Shown in pieces: positions 33,360 through 45,802 of a stretch of 64,000 bases of DNA. The notes beneath the pieces were generated by a model, which was not told the origin of the DNA, searched no databases, and worked only from the letters and a program-made list of their open reading frames with translations. The position numbers and the translations under genes were made by a program. Origin of the DNA: Flectonema sp. DT1601 (taxonomy: Eukaryota); assembly GCA_964019425.1 (NCBI GenBank), contig OZ025786.1, positions 1,364,001 to 1,428,000 of the forward strand, in the 5' to 3' direction. Each line of letters begins with the position of its first letter. The stretch's first letter is position 1.

Positions 33360-35360
33360 ATGTCAGAAGCAGAAGAAAAGACACTCGATGACTTTATTAC
33401 TCTCGTCAAGTACTACTCTCCTGATGACGTTGATGGCGTTCCCGAAATGGTAACCTCAAGTGAGGATAAATTAGAACTTTGGAAACAATTAATAAATAAA
33501 TATGGACCATGGCCACCAGATAAACCGTCAACGACGACACCTGAGGCAACTGATGAAGACGAGAGTGATATCTTACTACCGTTGTGTTCATTGAAAGGAA
33601 GAGCGCTAATAATCGGAATTGACTATACTGGAGTAGAACAATCAAGAGGTTGTATCTCTAGTGCTAATCAATTGGAATTATCGTTCAGAGAACAAGGATT
33701 TACTGGTGATATAAAAAAACTAGTAGACGACGGTTCCATTGACAAACTACCAACCAAAGACAACATAATATCTGCTGCTAAATGGTTGAGAGCAGGTGCT
33801 CGACCTGGCGATACGATGTTTTTGTATTTTAGTGGAAGAATTGTCCACGGTGGTCATAATGAAAGAGAAGGGTCTGGTCTTCTCTACCCAGCTGATTATA
33901 GAAAAAGTGGGCATATCAGGGGAACAGAAATAATCAGATCTATTGATGCAGAAGTCCCTCACGGATGTCAATTATTAATACTGAGTGATGCCAGACCTGG
34001 AGGATACACCATAGCGAAGTTCAGCCATCAGTTGATTTCATTTATCGAAAGTGACTTCACCCCTCGTAATGTTGTTGGTCAGCATTCAGAGTTTAAGAAT
34101 ATCCAGGTGAGTCAAATATCAATACACCGACCACGACTAGCAGAACAACATCATGATCTTGCACAGTTGTTTTGTCAGACTCTTAGTAGTCTTCGAAAAC
34201 CTAAAGAAGACTATTCCGATCAGGTTCAAGCAAAGGACCGATTCTTAGCAATGCAACAAGAACGATACAGTAACGTCGATTCTGAAAGTGAACTTATATC
34301 TAAAGATACCCCAGCGAGATACCTCGCAAATTGGGCGACTTGCTCTGTTTCAGAATTGATGAAAACACTTGGAGAACGTGGCATCCCACCGAGGAGGGTT
34401 CCTATTATACAAAATATGATCAGAACTTGTTTTAGAGATGTCGGAAAGACTCCTTATGAACTTATCAAGGCTCCTTCTCTTAGAAGTGTTCTACATGGAA
34501 TACGTGATGCTATGCATTCTGGATCTGTGGCTCCGCAGATTGACACGACTCATCCACTGGCTGAGATGTTAGAGAAGCCTGTGTTACCATATCCAGTTGG
34601 TTGGCAAACATTTGGAATATTTCCCCACCACACCATGAATTCAAGATTACATAAAGTTATTGAAGAAAGCAGTCAACCTCGAGATGCTTCACTTTGGAAA
34701 CCAAAAATTGGTTTCATTTCCTCCGCTGATGACATTCTTCAGTCTCCTCATCTCTGCACTCTCGCAGAAGCAATTTCAACAGCTGAGTCCAACAGAGAAT
34801 GTGTTGCTTTTTGTTTTAAGGGTGAGAATCCTGTTCCTGGAGAGAAAATTCAAGTTTTTTTTAAATCTAAATTTGATCTTCAAGGTCGGGGGTGGGTTAC
34901 TTACTCGAGGGAGGATTCTACAGTTGGAGACCGATGGGAGCCACCTGTTAATAAAAATAATATGGAAAGTCAACTGAGTGGTCTTTTATGGAGAGGAAGA
35001 CCAACAGCAAATCCGACAACGCCGCATCCGCATATTGGAAAGAGTGAAGTTCGGGGAGCTGTTGCTGATCGTTTGTTGGTGTCACCTCATCATCGACTTC
35101 AGCTATCAAACTTTTATCAATATTATAATAATAAGAAACTTCCTTCTGTTGTTGGGACTCTTATTGAGTGGCGTGGTCGTGAAGATAAATTATTCGATTC
35201 TCTCATATCAAAATATGGACCCTTCCCTCCAATTAACAACACACCTCTACCTGTTGGTTGGAGAGAAGCTGAGTCTCCTGCTGGTGACATCTTTTACAAG
35301 CATGTTGACGGAAGGAAGCAGTGGGTACGACCCAACCATGAGATCACCGGCAGCGTTTAA
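33360..35360 (+). CDS. Metacaspase-like protein lacking the catalytic dyad, with a C-terminal WW domain
   Basis: RALIIGIDY, PTKDNI...WL...ARPGDTMFLYFSGR, LYPADY, SDARPG; LPVGW...FYKH...QWVRP. Confidence 0.85.
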   Translation: MSEAEEKTLDDFITLVKYYSPDDVDGVPEMVTSSEDKLELWKQLINKYGPWPPDKPSTTTPEATDEDESDILLPLCSLKGRALIIGIDYTGVEQSRGCISSANQLELSFREQGFTGDIKKLVDDGSIDKLPTKDNIISAAKWLRAGARPGDTMFLYFSGRIVHGGHNEREGSGLLYPADYRKSGHIRGTEIIRSIDAEVPHGCQLLILSDARPGGYTIAKFSHQLISFIESDFTPRNVVGQHSEFKNIQVSQISIHRPRLAEQHHDLAQLFCQTLSSLRKPKEDYSDQVQAKDRFLAMQQERYSNVDSESELISKDTPARYLANWATCSVSELMKTLGERGIPPRRVPIIQNMIRTCFRDVGKTPYELIKAPSLRSVLHGIRDAMHSGSVAPQIDTTHPLAEMLEKPVLPYPVGWQTFGIFPHHTMNSRLHKVIEESSQPRDASLWKPKIGFISSADDILQSPHLCTLAEAISTAESNRECVAFCFKGENPVPGEKIQVFFKSKFDLQGRGWVTYSREDSTVGDRWEPPVNKNNMESQLSGLLWRGRPTANPTTPHPHIGKSEVRGAVADRLLVSPHHRLQLSNFYQYYNNKKLPSVVGTLIEWRGREDKLFDSLISKYGPFPPINNTPLPVGWREAESPAGDIFYKHVDGRKQWVRPNHEITGSV

Positions 35361-35632
35361 AAACTCATTTTTTTTAAAATTTTTTTTATTTTTTTTTTAT
35401 ATTACCTGTAGCCCCTTCTGTTTGAAGTTACGAACACTTCATTTCTTTTATAAAAATAGATTCCATTATTATTTGGTTTTTTTTTGTGATTTTTTTTTTT
35501 TTTTTTTGTCTTTGAAAAAAAAAAAAAAAAACCAAGACAAAAAACAAAAACGATGAAATTATAAATTAATTTTTTTTTCCTTCCTTCAGTGGTATCTAGT
35601 CATTTTTTGTGTGAACACGAAATTTTCCAACC

Positions 35633-37282
35633 ATGGGAGAGAACGATCCAAAACCAGTCAAAGATGAAGAAGACGACGAAATAAATATTTTAGCACCAGC
35701 CGAACCAAAAGAAGAAATCAGAGACTCCCCAAAATGTGAAGAAGGAGATGTATTAATTACAGACGATATGTTGATATCTGAGGCATTCGGACTGGGAGAA
35801 GCAAAAAAAGAACAGAGAGAGCTGTTTAACGACGACATAAACAATCAAAAAATAGAAGAAAATGACGCAGGCATCCCAGAGGTAAAAGGTGAGGTTGGAG
35901 ACGCGATGCCTGATGATTTTGATTATGATTCAGAGGAGGACAGATCTGTCGTTAAAAAAAAAAAAGATAAAAAATCGAAAAAATCAAGAAGGAGTAAAGT
36001 TGAAAACGAAGAAGAAGCATGGCAGGATATGCTTCTAGACTACGACGACGACGATGAGATCATTCGTTCAATTAAAAAAGTCGACGCATCAAACTCTGTT
36101 GTTGATTCAAAACCCGCAACTAAATCTCAGATCGACTCGATCACTTTAGAAAGAAGCAGAGATCTAGCAACCCACTGTCATTTTTATTTTTTTGAAAACC
36201 TAGTGAAGGGAGGATTCGTCAGAGCCATAGCAAAAAAAACAAAACCAATTGTATACTCATTATTCGAAGTCATTGGATGTGAACCAACCGGAGTAGACCC
36301 CGTCAATGGCGCTGCATTAAAATATCAAGTCGACACAATTGATACTGACTGGTTACTTATATGCAAGACTGGTAATCACACAAGAAAAGTCAGACTCAGT
36401 CACGTGAGCAACACCAAAGCTACAGACAAGGAATTCGTTGAATATATAAAAAGAATGGATCGACACAACCTTTCAGTTATAACACAAAAGAAAGCTATTG
36501 AAACAAGAAAACACATTTGGGATACGTACAACGCATTCTACAACGAACCACTCACAGAAGCAAAGGTTGAGAAAATCGTTCTAACAAGACAGCGACTTCG
36601 AGGAAATGCTTCCGTCAATCTAATTAAGAATAAAGTAATTGTTCAAAATCAACTGGAACAGTTGTCAGTAAAAAGAATGGCTGCAGAGGAAAGTGGTACG
36701 ACTATCCAGGAAGGTGAATTTGAACAAAAATGTTTAGAGATGGAGCTTGATGAAACGGAACGCAAATTACAATCTGTTTTATATGGTCAAAATTCATCGT
36801 TTGGAACTCTTGCTGCACTGACATTACGAAACGCTGAAGCCAATAAAGGTAGAGAAGAAGCTGAAGACCCTATCGATGCGGTCGTTTTCGGACGTAAGCA
36901 GGGCCGCAGTGGAAAGTCATATTGGTCTGTAGGAGAGGGTGGCTTTGGAGAAAAGAAGCAAGAAATTGATACTTTCTGGAAGAAGCGAAGACAAGAAGAA
37001 CACGACACTAAAGAAGAGGCTGATACAAGACGCAAAACAGAACGCCGTAGAGGTACCTGTCCTATTAAAGATTTAGATAGTTTCATAGCTGATGTTTGCG
37101 CCAGCACTCAAGGAACTCAAATAGATGATTCAGAAGCTCTCCTCTCTCAGGAGTCGCAATCACAAAAACTTTCACAAAAACCATCGCAACAGCTGTCTCA
37201 GCAGAAGTCCTCTTCTCCTGCAAAGGCAAAGCGTCGTATCGGACTTTCAGATTTTCGAAAAAAATTAAAATCCGGAGACTAA
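35633..37282 (+). CDS. Plus-3 domain protein (RTF1-like, PAF1 complex)
   Basis: Acidic N-terminus; ITLERS...FFENLVKGGFVR...VSN..ATDKEF pattern followed by coiled coil. Confidence 0.7.
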   Translation: MGENDPKPVKDEEDDEINILAPAEPKEEIRDSPKCEEGDVLITDDMLISEAFGLGEAKKEQRELFNDDINNQKIEENDAGIPEVKGEVGDAMPDDFDYDSEEDRSVVKKKKDKKSKKSRRSKVENEEEAWQDMLLDYDDDDEIIRSIKKVDASNSVVDSKPATKSQIDSITLERSRDLATHCHFYFFENLVKGGFVRAIAKKTKPIVYSLFEVIGCEPTGVDPVNGAALKYQVDTIDTDWLLICKTGNHTRKVRLSHVSNTKATDKEFVEYIKRMDRHNLSVITQKKAIETRKHIWDTYNAFYNEPLTEAKVEKIVLTRQRLRGNASVNLIKNKVIVQNQLEQLSVKRMAAEESGTTIQEGEFEQKCLEMELDETERKLQSVLYGQNSSFGTLAALTLRNAEANKGREEAEDPIDAVVFGRKQGRSGKSYWSVGEGGFGEKKQEIDTFWKKRRQEEHDTKEEADTRRKTERRRGTCPIKDLDSFIADVCASTQGTQIDDSEALLSQESQSQKLSQKPSQQLSQQKSSSPAKAKRRIGLSDFRKKLKSGD

Positions 37283-37969
37283 TTATTTAGCAAGTCGGCA
37301 TCTCGTCTTCTCGTTTTTTTGGTTTGTTTCGTTTGGATTGGAGTCACTTCGACTAAAGGTCCTCTTCGTTATCTAGACCTCCGCTGATTCATTTTATTGT
37401 GACTGATAACGCGATTTACATGGTATTGGTGATGGGGAAAAAAAAAAAAAAAACTAAAAAAAAAAAAAAAAGTCAGACTAACAGTTCTGTGCTGTCCTCG
37501 TTAACCAATCACTGCTTTCTGTTTATTACAATTGCTGACGTGTTTTGGAGATATGTGAATGTAGTCACCATACAAGTACGAACTCTGTCGTTGTTCGCAC
37601 CGCTACCACCAAACTCTCAGGCTCTTTGAGGTTAGGAAAAGTGGGAGGAACCAACATCAACAACCATACCAAAAAAGAAAGAAAGAAAAAAAAGTAAAAA
37701 AATACGTAGTTCAGTGTTACCTGTCAGTTGGCTGTTACTTTATTACTTCAGTGGTGATAATTATTTTTCTTCTCTTCGCAGGATGCTTCACATGACTTTT
37801 TGTTATGATAAAGTTAATTAGAAGTTATTATGTTTTTATTATATCTTCCCCTCCTCAGCACTGTCCCCCCTGAACTTGTGTTGGTGGATTCTGTTTTGGT
37901 ATTTTATTCTTACTGTCCCTTTGATAGTATTATTGTTGTTGTTCGGTTGGGTTAATTAATTAAATAAAT

Positions 37970-40890
37970 ATGGCGGCTCCACAGGGCGGGTCATCAACAC
38001 CTCCACCAGTTCCGCATCCTCCTCCGGGAATTTGGCCTGGATGGCCAGCGTTTCCTCCAGGTGGATGGCCAGCAGGTCCGCCACCACCATGGGCATGGCC
38101 GCCTATGATGTTGCCGCCTCCATACCCATTTCCGCCTATGCCTCCTGGTGCCTTGCCTGGTGCTCCAGGTGTGGCTCCTGTCGCGGTAGTTGGTGATGCT
38201 GCTGCAGCAGCCATAAACCCAACTCCGGGCGCCTCTACTGCGGCATCAAACTCTCCGACACCTCCTCCACCTTCGATTGGTATTTCTATACCGCAGGGTC
38301 TGCCTGGTGCTCCAGCTATCCCTCAAGTTCCAAATTCTGGCTATGCTGCTCCGTTTGCGAAAGGTGGTCCCACTGCAGGTTTGTTTTCTTTTATTAAATG
38401 TGTAGAACTTTTTTAAGCCTTTCTAAGTAAGGAAAGTACGACATCAACGGGTCAACTTAATAATAATAATAATAATAATAATACAGGTGGAAGCCATCCA
38501 GGGATTGTACCATCTGGTCAGTCTGTAGAGCAACAGCAAAGTGGTAACGGCGGTAACAACAGGAAAGGAAAAGCAAAGAACAGCCGCAACAACAACAGCA
38601 ACAGCAACAACAACGGTAGCAATACTGCTGGAAGTGCCAACGCAGGTGCTGTAGCGGGATTACCAGTGTCACAGGTTGGTGTACCCCAAGGTGATACTCC
38701 TCAGGGAATATTTAATAGAAATCAACAGGCTGGTCAGCTGCCACCGCAGCCGCAGCAACCAACTCCGCAGGCTGCTCAAGCTGCTCAGATGTTTTATGCT
38801 ATGCAGAATCAAGTTCCTGGGGCACATCCACACCATGTGGCTTATGCTCATCATCTTCAGCATGCAGGACTGATGCAGCAGCCACAACCACAACAACTAC
38901 AACAACAACAACCGCAGCAACAGCAGCCACCACAACATGATTCTGCAAAGGGAGGGAAACAGGCGCCAGACTTTCGAAGAAGTATGATGGGATCTGCTAT
39001 TGAAGAACCATCAGCATCACATCCTCAACCCGCGGCATCAAATCCAACTTCTGTTACTCCTCAACCTCCACTACCAACTCAGCCTCATCCTCTTCATCAA
39101 CACCACCACCATCATCATCACCACCACCAACACCACCATCATCATCACCACCACCACCACCATCACCACCACCATCAACATCAGCAGCCAACTCAACCGC
39201 AAGCGTCTCATCAGCCTCCTGTAATGTTCCCCCATTCTGGAGCAGTAAACACCTCGGCAATCAGTCAAGCAATGGCACAGTCAGCCCAGGCTGCAGTAGT
39301 AGCAGCATCTTCTGGTGCTGCGGTCCTGCAACCAGAGAACCTCTCAACTCATCCGACTGTCAGCACCAACAGCAACAACATCGCCAACAACAGTAGTCCG
39401 AATATAAATACTTTTAATGTCCCAGCTGTGGCGGCAGCTATCCCAACACCTGTTACCGGTAGTCGAACTGGTTGGGGATCAGCTGTGCCAAAGACCAAAG
39501 CACAGATCGATGCTCAGGCAGAGAGTGGTATGTTTAGTCTTCCTTTAATAAGATTGTATGAAATAATTAATCAAACAAAAGTAATAAAAAACAAAAAAAA
39601 AAAAACAGCTAAAAAAGCCCGTGAAATGAACGAAAATTACGATAGAATAATGTCTCGTCCGTCACAAGAAACGCTGCCAAGCTTGAAGGACAAGCGAAAG
39701 AATGGCAACACCAGCAACACCAACGGCAGCAATGGAGGTGGTAGTAACAGTGGAAAGTACAGTGGATACACCAACAGTAACAATACCAACAACAATAACA
39801 ACAACAATCCTGATCAAGCGAAATTTTGTGTCCGGGCATGCCCTAGCGACAAGGTGGAAGCCTTTGAGCACTGGTTAAGAGAATTTGGTGAGCCAGGCAT
39901 ATACAGACATCCAGACAAGGTATGTACTACAGAACTGAAGAGGGAATAAGAAAAAAGGAAAACCCAACTCCGAAAAATATAAAATAAAAAAAACAAAAAC
40001 AGGATTTAATGTTTATAACGTATTCTAATCCCGATACGACTGATAAAGTCTTGGCCACCATAATGCAATCTTCTGAAGATATATTTGGTGTGAAGTTATC
40101 AGTATCACCATACTTTCCACCTGGAGACAAAAGACGACCAGCAGCAAAGAGTGCGAGTCAAAATCGAAGCTCGTCATCACCTGGTGAGGGTGTGGGAAAT
40201 AGTCTTGTAAGTCAACCTCTTATAAATGGAACCAAACAGGTTCCAATGACAAACGCTGGTATTAATCCAACTGGCGGTTTGGAAACCATTCATCAAGAGC
40301 CTCTGACTTCTATGACGCATATCGTAAATGGTGGTCACAATCCAGCTTTGATTGCCACAGAAAATCCACCTCCGGTTGGTATAAGCACCAACAACAGTCA
40401 TCTCTTAATGGGTGGTGTCGTACCTATGAATCCAATTAGTAACAGAAATCTTTCAAGAAAACAACAAATATCGGAAATAGCTGAATTTGAGAAGCGGCTT
40501 GGAGATCAAGTATGTGTTAGTTAGTTGTTGTTATCATTCATGAGGGGGGGGAAGAGATATTTCTGACAAAAATCAACACAGCCCAGAAGACTGAATAATG
40601 AGCCAACAACTAGTATAGCGACCTACCTTCAGGTATTATTTTTTTTTGAAAAGTAGTTTTGGTATTTTGTATTTTTATTGTGTGATAATAATAATAATTA
40701 ATCAAAACAGAATCTTAAGCAACGAGCTGAAGAGCAAAGCCAGGCGTTTCACAGGCAGAATCAACCTGCCCAGTATTCGCTTGATTTGCAGCAATCTGCT
40801 GCTCATTTGCTTGTCCCGCCTAGCGGAATGAATTTTGCTACCACTGCAAATCACTCTCCCTTCAGCATGCCTCGTTTTCCTCCAGAATAA
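37970..40890 (+). CDS. Low-complexity Pro/Gln/His/Asn-rich protein with a probable degenerate RRM; exons 37970-38378, 38487-39527, 39609-39919, 40003-40509, 40582-40632, 40711-40890
   Basis: Five GT-AG introns join the ORF pieces in frame to a TAA at 40888-40890. Confidence 0.75.
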
Positions 40891-41315
40891 TCTTGTTTTG
40901 AGAAGGAAAAAAAAAAAAAAAAAAAAGAAATAAAGCACTTGTGAAATATACAAAAAAAGATAAAAAAATAATAATAGTACGCTCGTTGTACGACTTCCCT
41001 CTAGCTGAAGACAGGCAATCTAAGAGATTCGGTTAAGTGTTTTGAGATTATTCTCTCTCTTTTTTTTTTCTTTTTTTTCTTTTTGGCCGTTTTTTTGTTT
41101 TGTTTTTTTAAAACATTATGAGGGATGACCATCCCTGATGTCCCCACATGTTTTGCGGCCTATTTGAGGTCTTAAGCTCATGTGGAGGCTACTTACTAAC
41201 AATGAACGTCCAGCACACCAAATTAGAGAGAATAATAAAAGTGTTTGCCTATCAGGAAACGTGAACACCATTTGCGCTATTTTTTTTTTTACAGAAGAGT
41301 AAGGATTGAGGGAGG

Positions 41316-41347
<32 letters not shown>

Positions 41348-43778
41348 AAATTAATTGCCACACATATTCGAGAAATCTACCTTTGACGGTGACGACATAA
41401 TGCGCTCACCGTATGAGGCAATCCCCGTTCCCTTTCGCTCCCCCTTTTTTTTCTCTTATTCCCCTCCCCAAGACAATTTTTTATACTTCGTAAAGAGTGT
41501 TATACTGCAAGGTTGCTGTTTTTTCTACCCTTTTGCCCCTTATTTTATTTTTCTTATGTTGCCTTTGAATCCACAGAAAAAGTGGGAATAAAATCGAATG
41601 GAGAGGAGAAAAAGAGGGGAAAAAAAAAAAAAAAAAAAAAAAAAATCGGACGGCTGAGACCTTCTTGCTAAGATGGTTAATGTTTTCGACAATTCGCTTT
41701 TTTTTTTTTAGCCTGGGGGAAAAAAAAAAAAAAATAAAAAAAAAATAAAATAAACTAAAAACCCTTCTGACCTTTTTCTTTTTTTGTTGTCCTACAATTT
41801 TACCTACTCTTTTATTATTATTAATAAATATATATTTATTTTTGTTTTTTTTATTTTGAATTTATTTTACTTGCGAGACAGAAATAGGAATTAAAATCCC
41901 GATAAAGGCGAGAGAAATAGTATTGCAATATGGAACTCATCGGTGTAGTCTTGTTCGTAGAAGGAGAACATCTTTTCTCTTTGAGTGAACAAAAAAAAAA
42001 AAAAAAATTTAAAAAAAAAAAAAAAAGAATGAAGAGCAAAAAAAAATAAGAAACTGATGCCAATCAAACCTTTAATTATTATTATTTTTTTTTCTTTTCT
42101 TTTTTTTCTCTTTTTTTTTTTTCTTTTTTCCGAATTAATTGAGAGGCTCGCTGTAATTCCACATGACAGACATTGTATGAGACTAACAACAAAAAAAAAA
42201 AAAAAAAAAAGAAAAAAGAAAAGGAGAAAAAGAAAAAAAAACAACATCGCCGTAATTAAACGATGTGAGGCTACAAAAACTTTTTTTTTTTTTTTTTTTT
42301 TTTTTGTTTATATTTCGGGACATGAGATTATTTTTTTTGTGGACCGATTTTTTCTTTTTAAAAAAAAAAGGTTGCCTTTTTTATTGTAGTTGAAAATGCA
42401 CCTAAAGACGTGTGAAAATAAAAAAATGGACATTCTCTGTGCCCTTTTTTTTTTTTGTTTTAAACACATTTTCTATATTGCTTTTCTGTTTTCTATTCCG
42501 AACTGGCTATCAAATCATCGTTGTTTATGTGCCGTTTATGTTTCCCCCATTCCCTCTTATAGTAAGTGCACTGCCAGGCTATAATTTTTTTTTTATAACT
42601 CTTTACTATTTCTAAGTGTGAGGGATGTTGATTTTTTCTGCATTAAACCAATGTCGTGCTTGGCTGGAGTTGCCTCGACGAGCAACTCTATAATTGTTAT
42701 TCTTAAAAAAACGAACTTCAACTTATCAGGTGTGAATTCGAAGCGAATTGACAAAGTAAATGATCCTCACTGAGATTCACTGTTTATCACTTTGTTGGTG
42801 TTCAGTTCAGTTCATTTTTTTTTTTTTTTTTTGATTGTGGGAGAGAGGGTTCTACTGGAAAAAAAAAAAAAAAAAAAAAAAAGTAAAAATAATAATAAGA
42901 AAAAAACAAAAAAAAAAAATGAATCGCAGTGTTCTACTTTATATTTTTTTATACAAACGGCTACTATTTTTTTTTCCCCCCGTTGCCTATATTTCTTTGA
43001 AGTACGCATTTGTTGGAGAGAAACGCTGTAGTCGTTGGAACAGCGCATGGTTCGTTTTTCGCAGAATTCCCCCTCGCTCCCCAAAAAAAAAAAAAAAAAA
43101 AAAAAGAGGCATATTTTGCACGCGCTTTCTCTCCTTATCTTTTTTTTTTTTTTTCCCTTTCTCCCCTTTCATTTTTATTTTTTTTTTTCAAAATAAATTT
43201 TTGTTGTCAGTGGTCGACAAACCAAGCGCACACAACGCCAACTTTCCTCACACTGAAGTTCCCAATTAGTGCCCTCTGATTAAACAGTTATTTATTAATT
43301 TATCTTCCGTGCAATATTACAGAAGTTTCGGTAGGCATGTTCGTTGGTATTGATAAAGTATTTCTGTAAGGCTCTTTTTTTTTTCTCTCCCCATTTTTTT
43401 TTTCTTTTCTCTTCGTCTTTTGACCCATGGGTAATTCTCCCCCCCTTTTTTTTTTCTCCAACAGGTCCTTCGCACGAATAAATCTGTGCAAAGTATTTTT
43501 TTTTTAATTTTTTTCATTTTTTTTTTTATTCATTTTATTTATCTTTGAGGATGACGTTATATTCCCTCATTCCCTTATTGACTGCGACATTCCACTTTTT
43601 TTTATTATTATTATTTTTTTTTTTTTCAAATTTATTTTTGCAAAGCTGCAAAAATTATTTTTTTTCAATTCACTCAAAAAGGATGAAGAAGTCCTACTAC
43701 GACTGGCTGAGGTCAGTTATCGTGGCATAGAGAAGAATTTTAAAAAAAAAAAAAGAAAGAAACCAGAGTTTTGGACAA

Positions 43779-43811
<33 letters not shown>

Positions 43812-44073
43812 TCTTAATGATAGCCTGTCTTGTTGAAAGGAATACAAAAAAAAAAAAAGCTGACCGCTGGTGTGCTTCCGCAGCGGAATGCCTGTGTTAT
43901 TTAAAAAAAAAAAAAAAAAATAATAACGTAATCGCACTTATTACTTTCTATCTAAACAGCAGCACAACATCCTCAACCTGAACATCAACGAGTGCAGTCA
44001 AACATAAGTTTTATTGTTATTCGAATTTATAATTAGTTTTCATTCATAAGTCAGGTTGTCACGTAACGAGATT

Positions 44074-44511
44074 ATGCCAGAGTGTCCTGTTTGTATAAGA
44101 GAATATGTCTCTCACATCTCACAACGTTGTCCTAGGGTAATGATGTGTGGACACACTCTGTGTAGTGTTTGCATTCGGAAGTTGTCAACTACGAAGAAGA
44201 CAGTAAGCTGCCCAAGTTGTCGTGAAGTCAGTAGGGTACCTTGCAAAGGTTTTCCTACGAATTTTGCCTTAGTCGAGGCTCTTCAGGAGTCTGAAGCAAA
44301 AAAAGAGATATTTTCACGAAAACGAACCGGCTATCGGTCACCAGCACATCAGCGAGTACCTCTGTCAGCTATTAGAGCTCAGAGACAACAACCTCCTGTC
44401 ATCAGAAGTAAAAAGCCTCCTCAGCATCTGTCTTTCTCGTCTTCTCGTTGCAGGTCACTGTCTGCTGCCCATCAAATTGGTGGATCTTGTGTCTATTCTC
44501 CATCTCCTTAG
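44074..44511 (+). CDS. RING-finger (C3HC4) protein
   Basis: CPVC...PRVMMCGHTLCSVC...CPSCR...NFAL. Confidence 0.85.
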   Translation: MPECPVCIREYVSHISQRCPRVMMCGHTLCSVCIRKLSTTKKTVSCPSCREVSRVPCKGFPTNFALVEALQESEAKKEIFSRKRTGYRSPAHQRVPLSAIRAQRQQPPVIRSKKPPQHLSFSSSRCRSLSAAHQIGGSCVYSPSP

Positions 44512-45802
44512 GATTTTATATATTTATGTTGTGTAAAATAATCGTAGTCACGGTCTGCTCTGTTGGCTCAGAAGACGACCGTTGAGTTAGAGGTGTGTAA
44601 CGTGATCCGCAAGGAGGTTTATGGTTAATCATCGTTGTGGTGAAAGTCAAATTTGGGGAATTTCTTTTTTTTTAATTATTCGCTCTTGTCATATATAACA
44701 CTCCTCTCCTCCCTTTTTTGTTATTAATAATTATCCTTGTAGTCAATTTGTTTAGTTCTCTGGTAGAAACAGAGATCGATGACTGATTACTTTATAATCT
44801 TTTAAAAAAATCTATTGCTCATCATGATAGCATCAGCTGGGAATACCTTTCGAGATTGGGGATCACCGTCGTGACGTTATCTTGTTACCTACTAAGAAGT
44901 AAGCATTCTTGTTACGAATAATCTGAAGAGTTTTTTTTTTTTTTTTTTTAATATAAAAATTATTTTCTGTTTTTCATCAAACAGCAAGATCTGTTGCCTT
45001 GCCTCTTCACTAATTACTATTTTGAGGAAGTAACTTTTTTTTGTGTCCACTGCGACGCAACTTTTATTGACCGAATCACATGCCACCTTAAGATGCGAAT
45101 TTGTGTTGTAATTCTCTCAGGCAGTGATTTTCGTCTCTTATTGTAAATGAAAACTCTCAAGGTAGGTGTGGCTGGTATTGAAGACGTAGATTACTATCGA
45201 AACCTAAATAGTTTGCTTTCAATAGGCTGCGTATTGTTGTAGTTCGCTGTGTATTTTAAAAAGGTGTTATGATAAAGATGCCATAACAAATAAAATAAAA
45301 TAAAAATTAATAATTAACCCCCACGCGGTTTTTTCCTGATCTCTTGACTTCGTTACGTAAATAAATAAATAAAATATTGTAAAAGTAGAGGTCTGTTGTT
45401 TTTTTTTTTTTTTTTTTTTTACCTATTACCTTGTCTGAGGTAACGAGTCCATTCACACCGCTGGTAATTGCCGGTTGTGGTTGTAGGCAGTCTTTTCACT
45501 AATTTTTATTTTTTATTATTTTTTTTTAATTTGTTTTTTTTTAAAAAAAACTGTGAGAAGCCTGTTGTTATATTAACCTAACCTTTTTTTACTAACTAAC
45601 CTTTTTTTTTTCTTTTTCTTTGTTTTTTCTTAATAAATAATAAATTTATCGGTTCTTACGTTAGAACTCCTTTTGAGACGTGATTTACAATAAATTTAGA
45701 CCAGTAGTGTAAGATTATGGCCTTATAGCCTGAAACTACGTTTTCAACTGTGTTTTATGGAACTTATTTTTTCAAAAAAATACTTTCTTTTTTTTTTTTT
45801 TT

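Noticed and set aside
42675..42700. Hairpin GAGTTGCCTCGACGAGCAACTC as an ncRNA
   Set aside because: Isolated short stem with no other support
40900..44050. Many short ORFs rich in K/F
   Set aside because: Translations of poly-A/poly-T tracts; no coding signal
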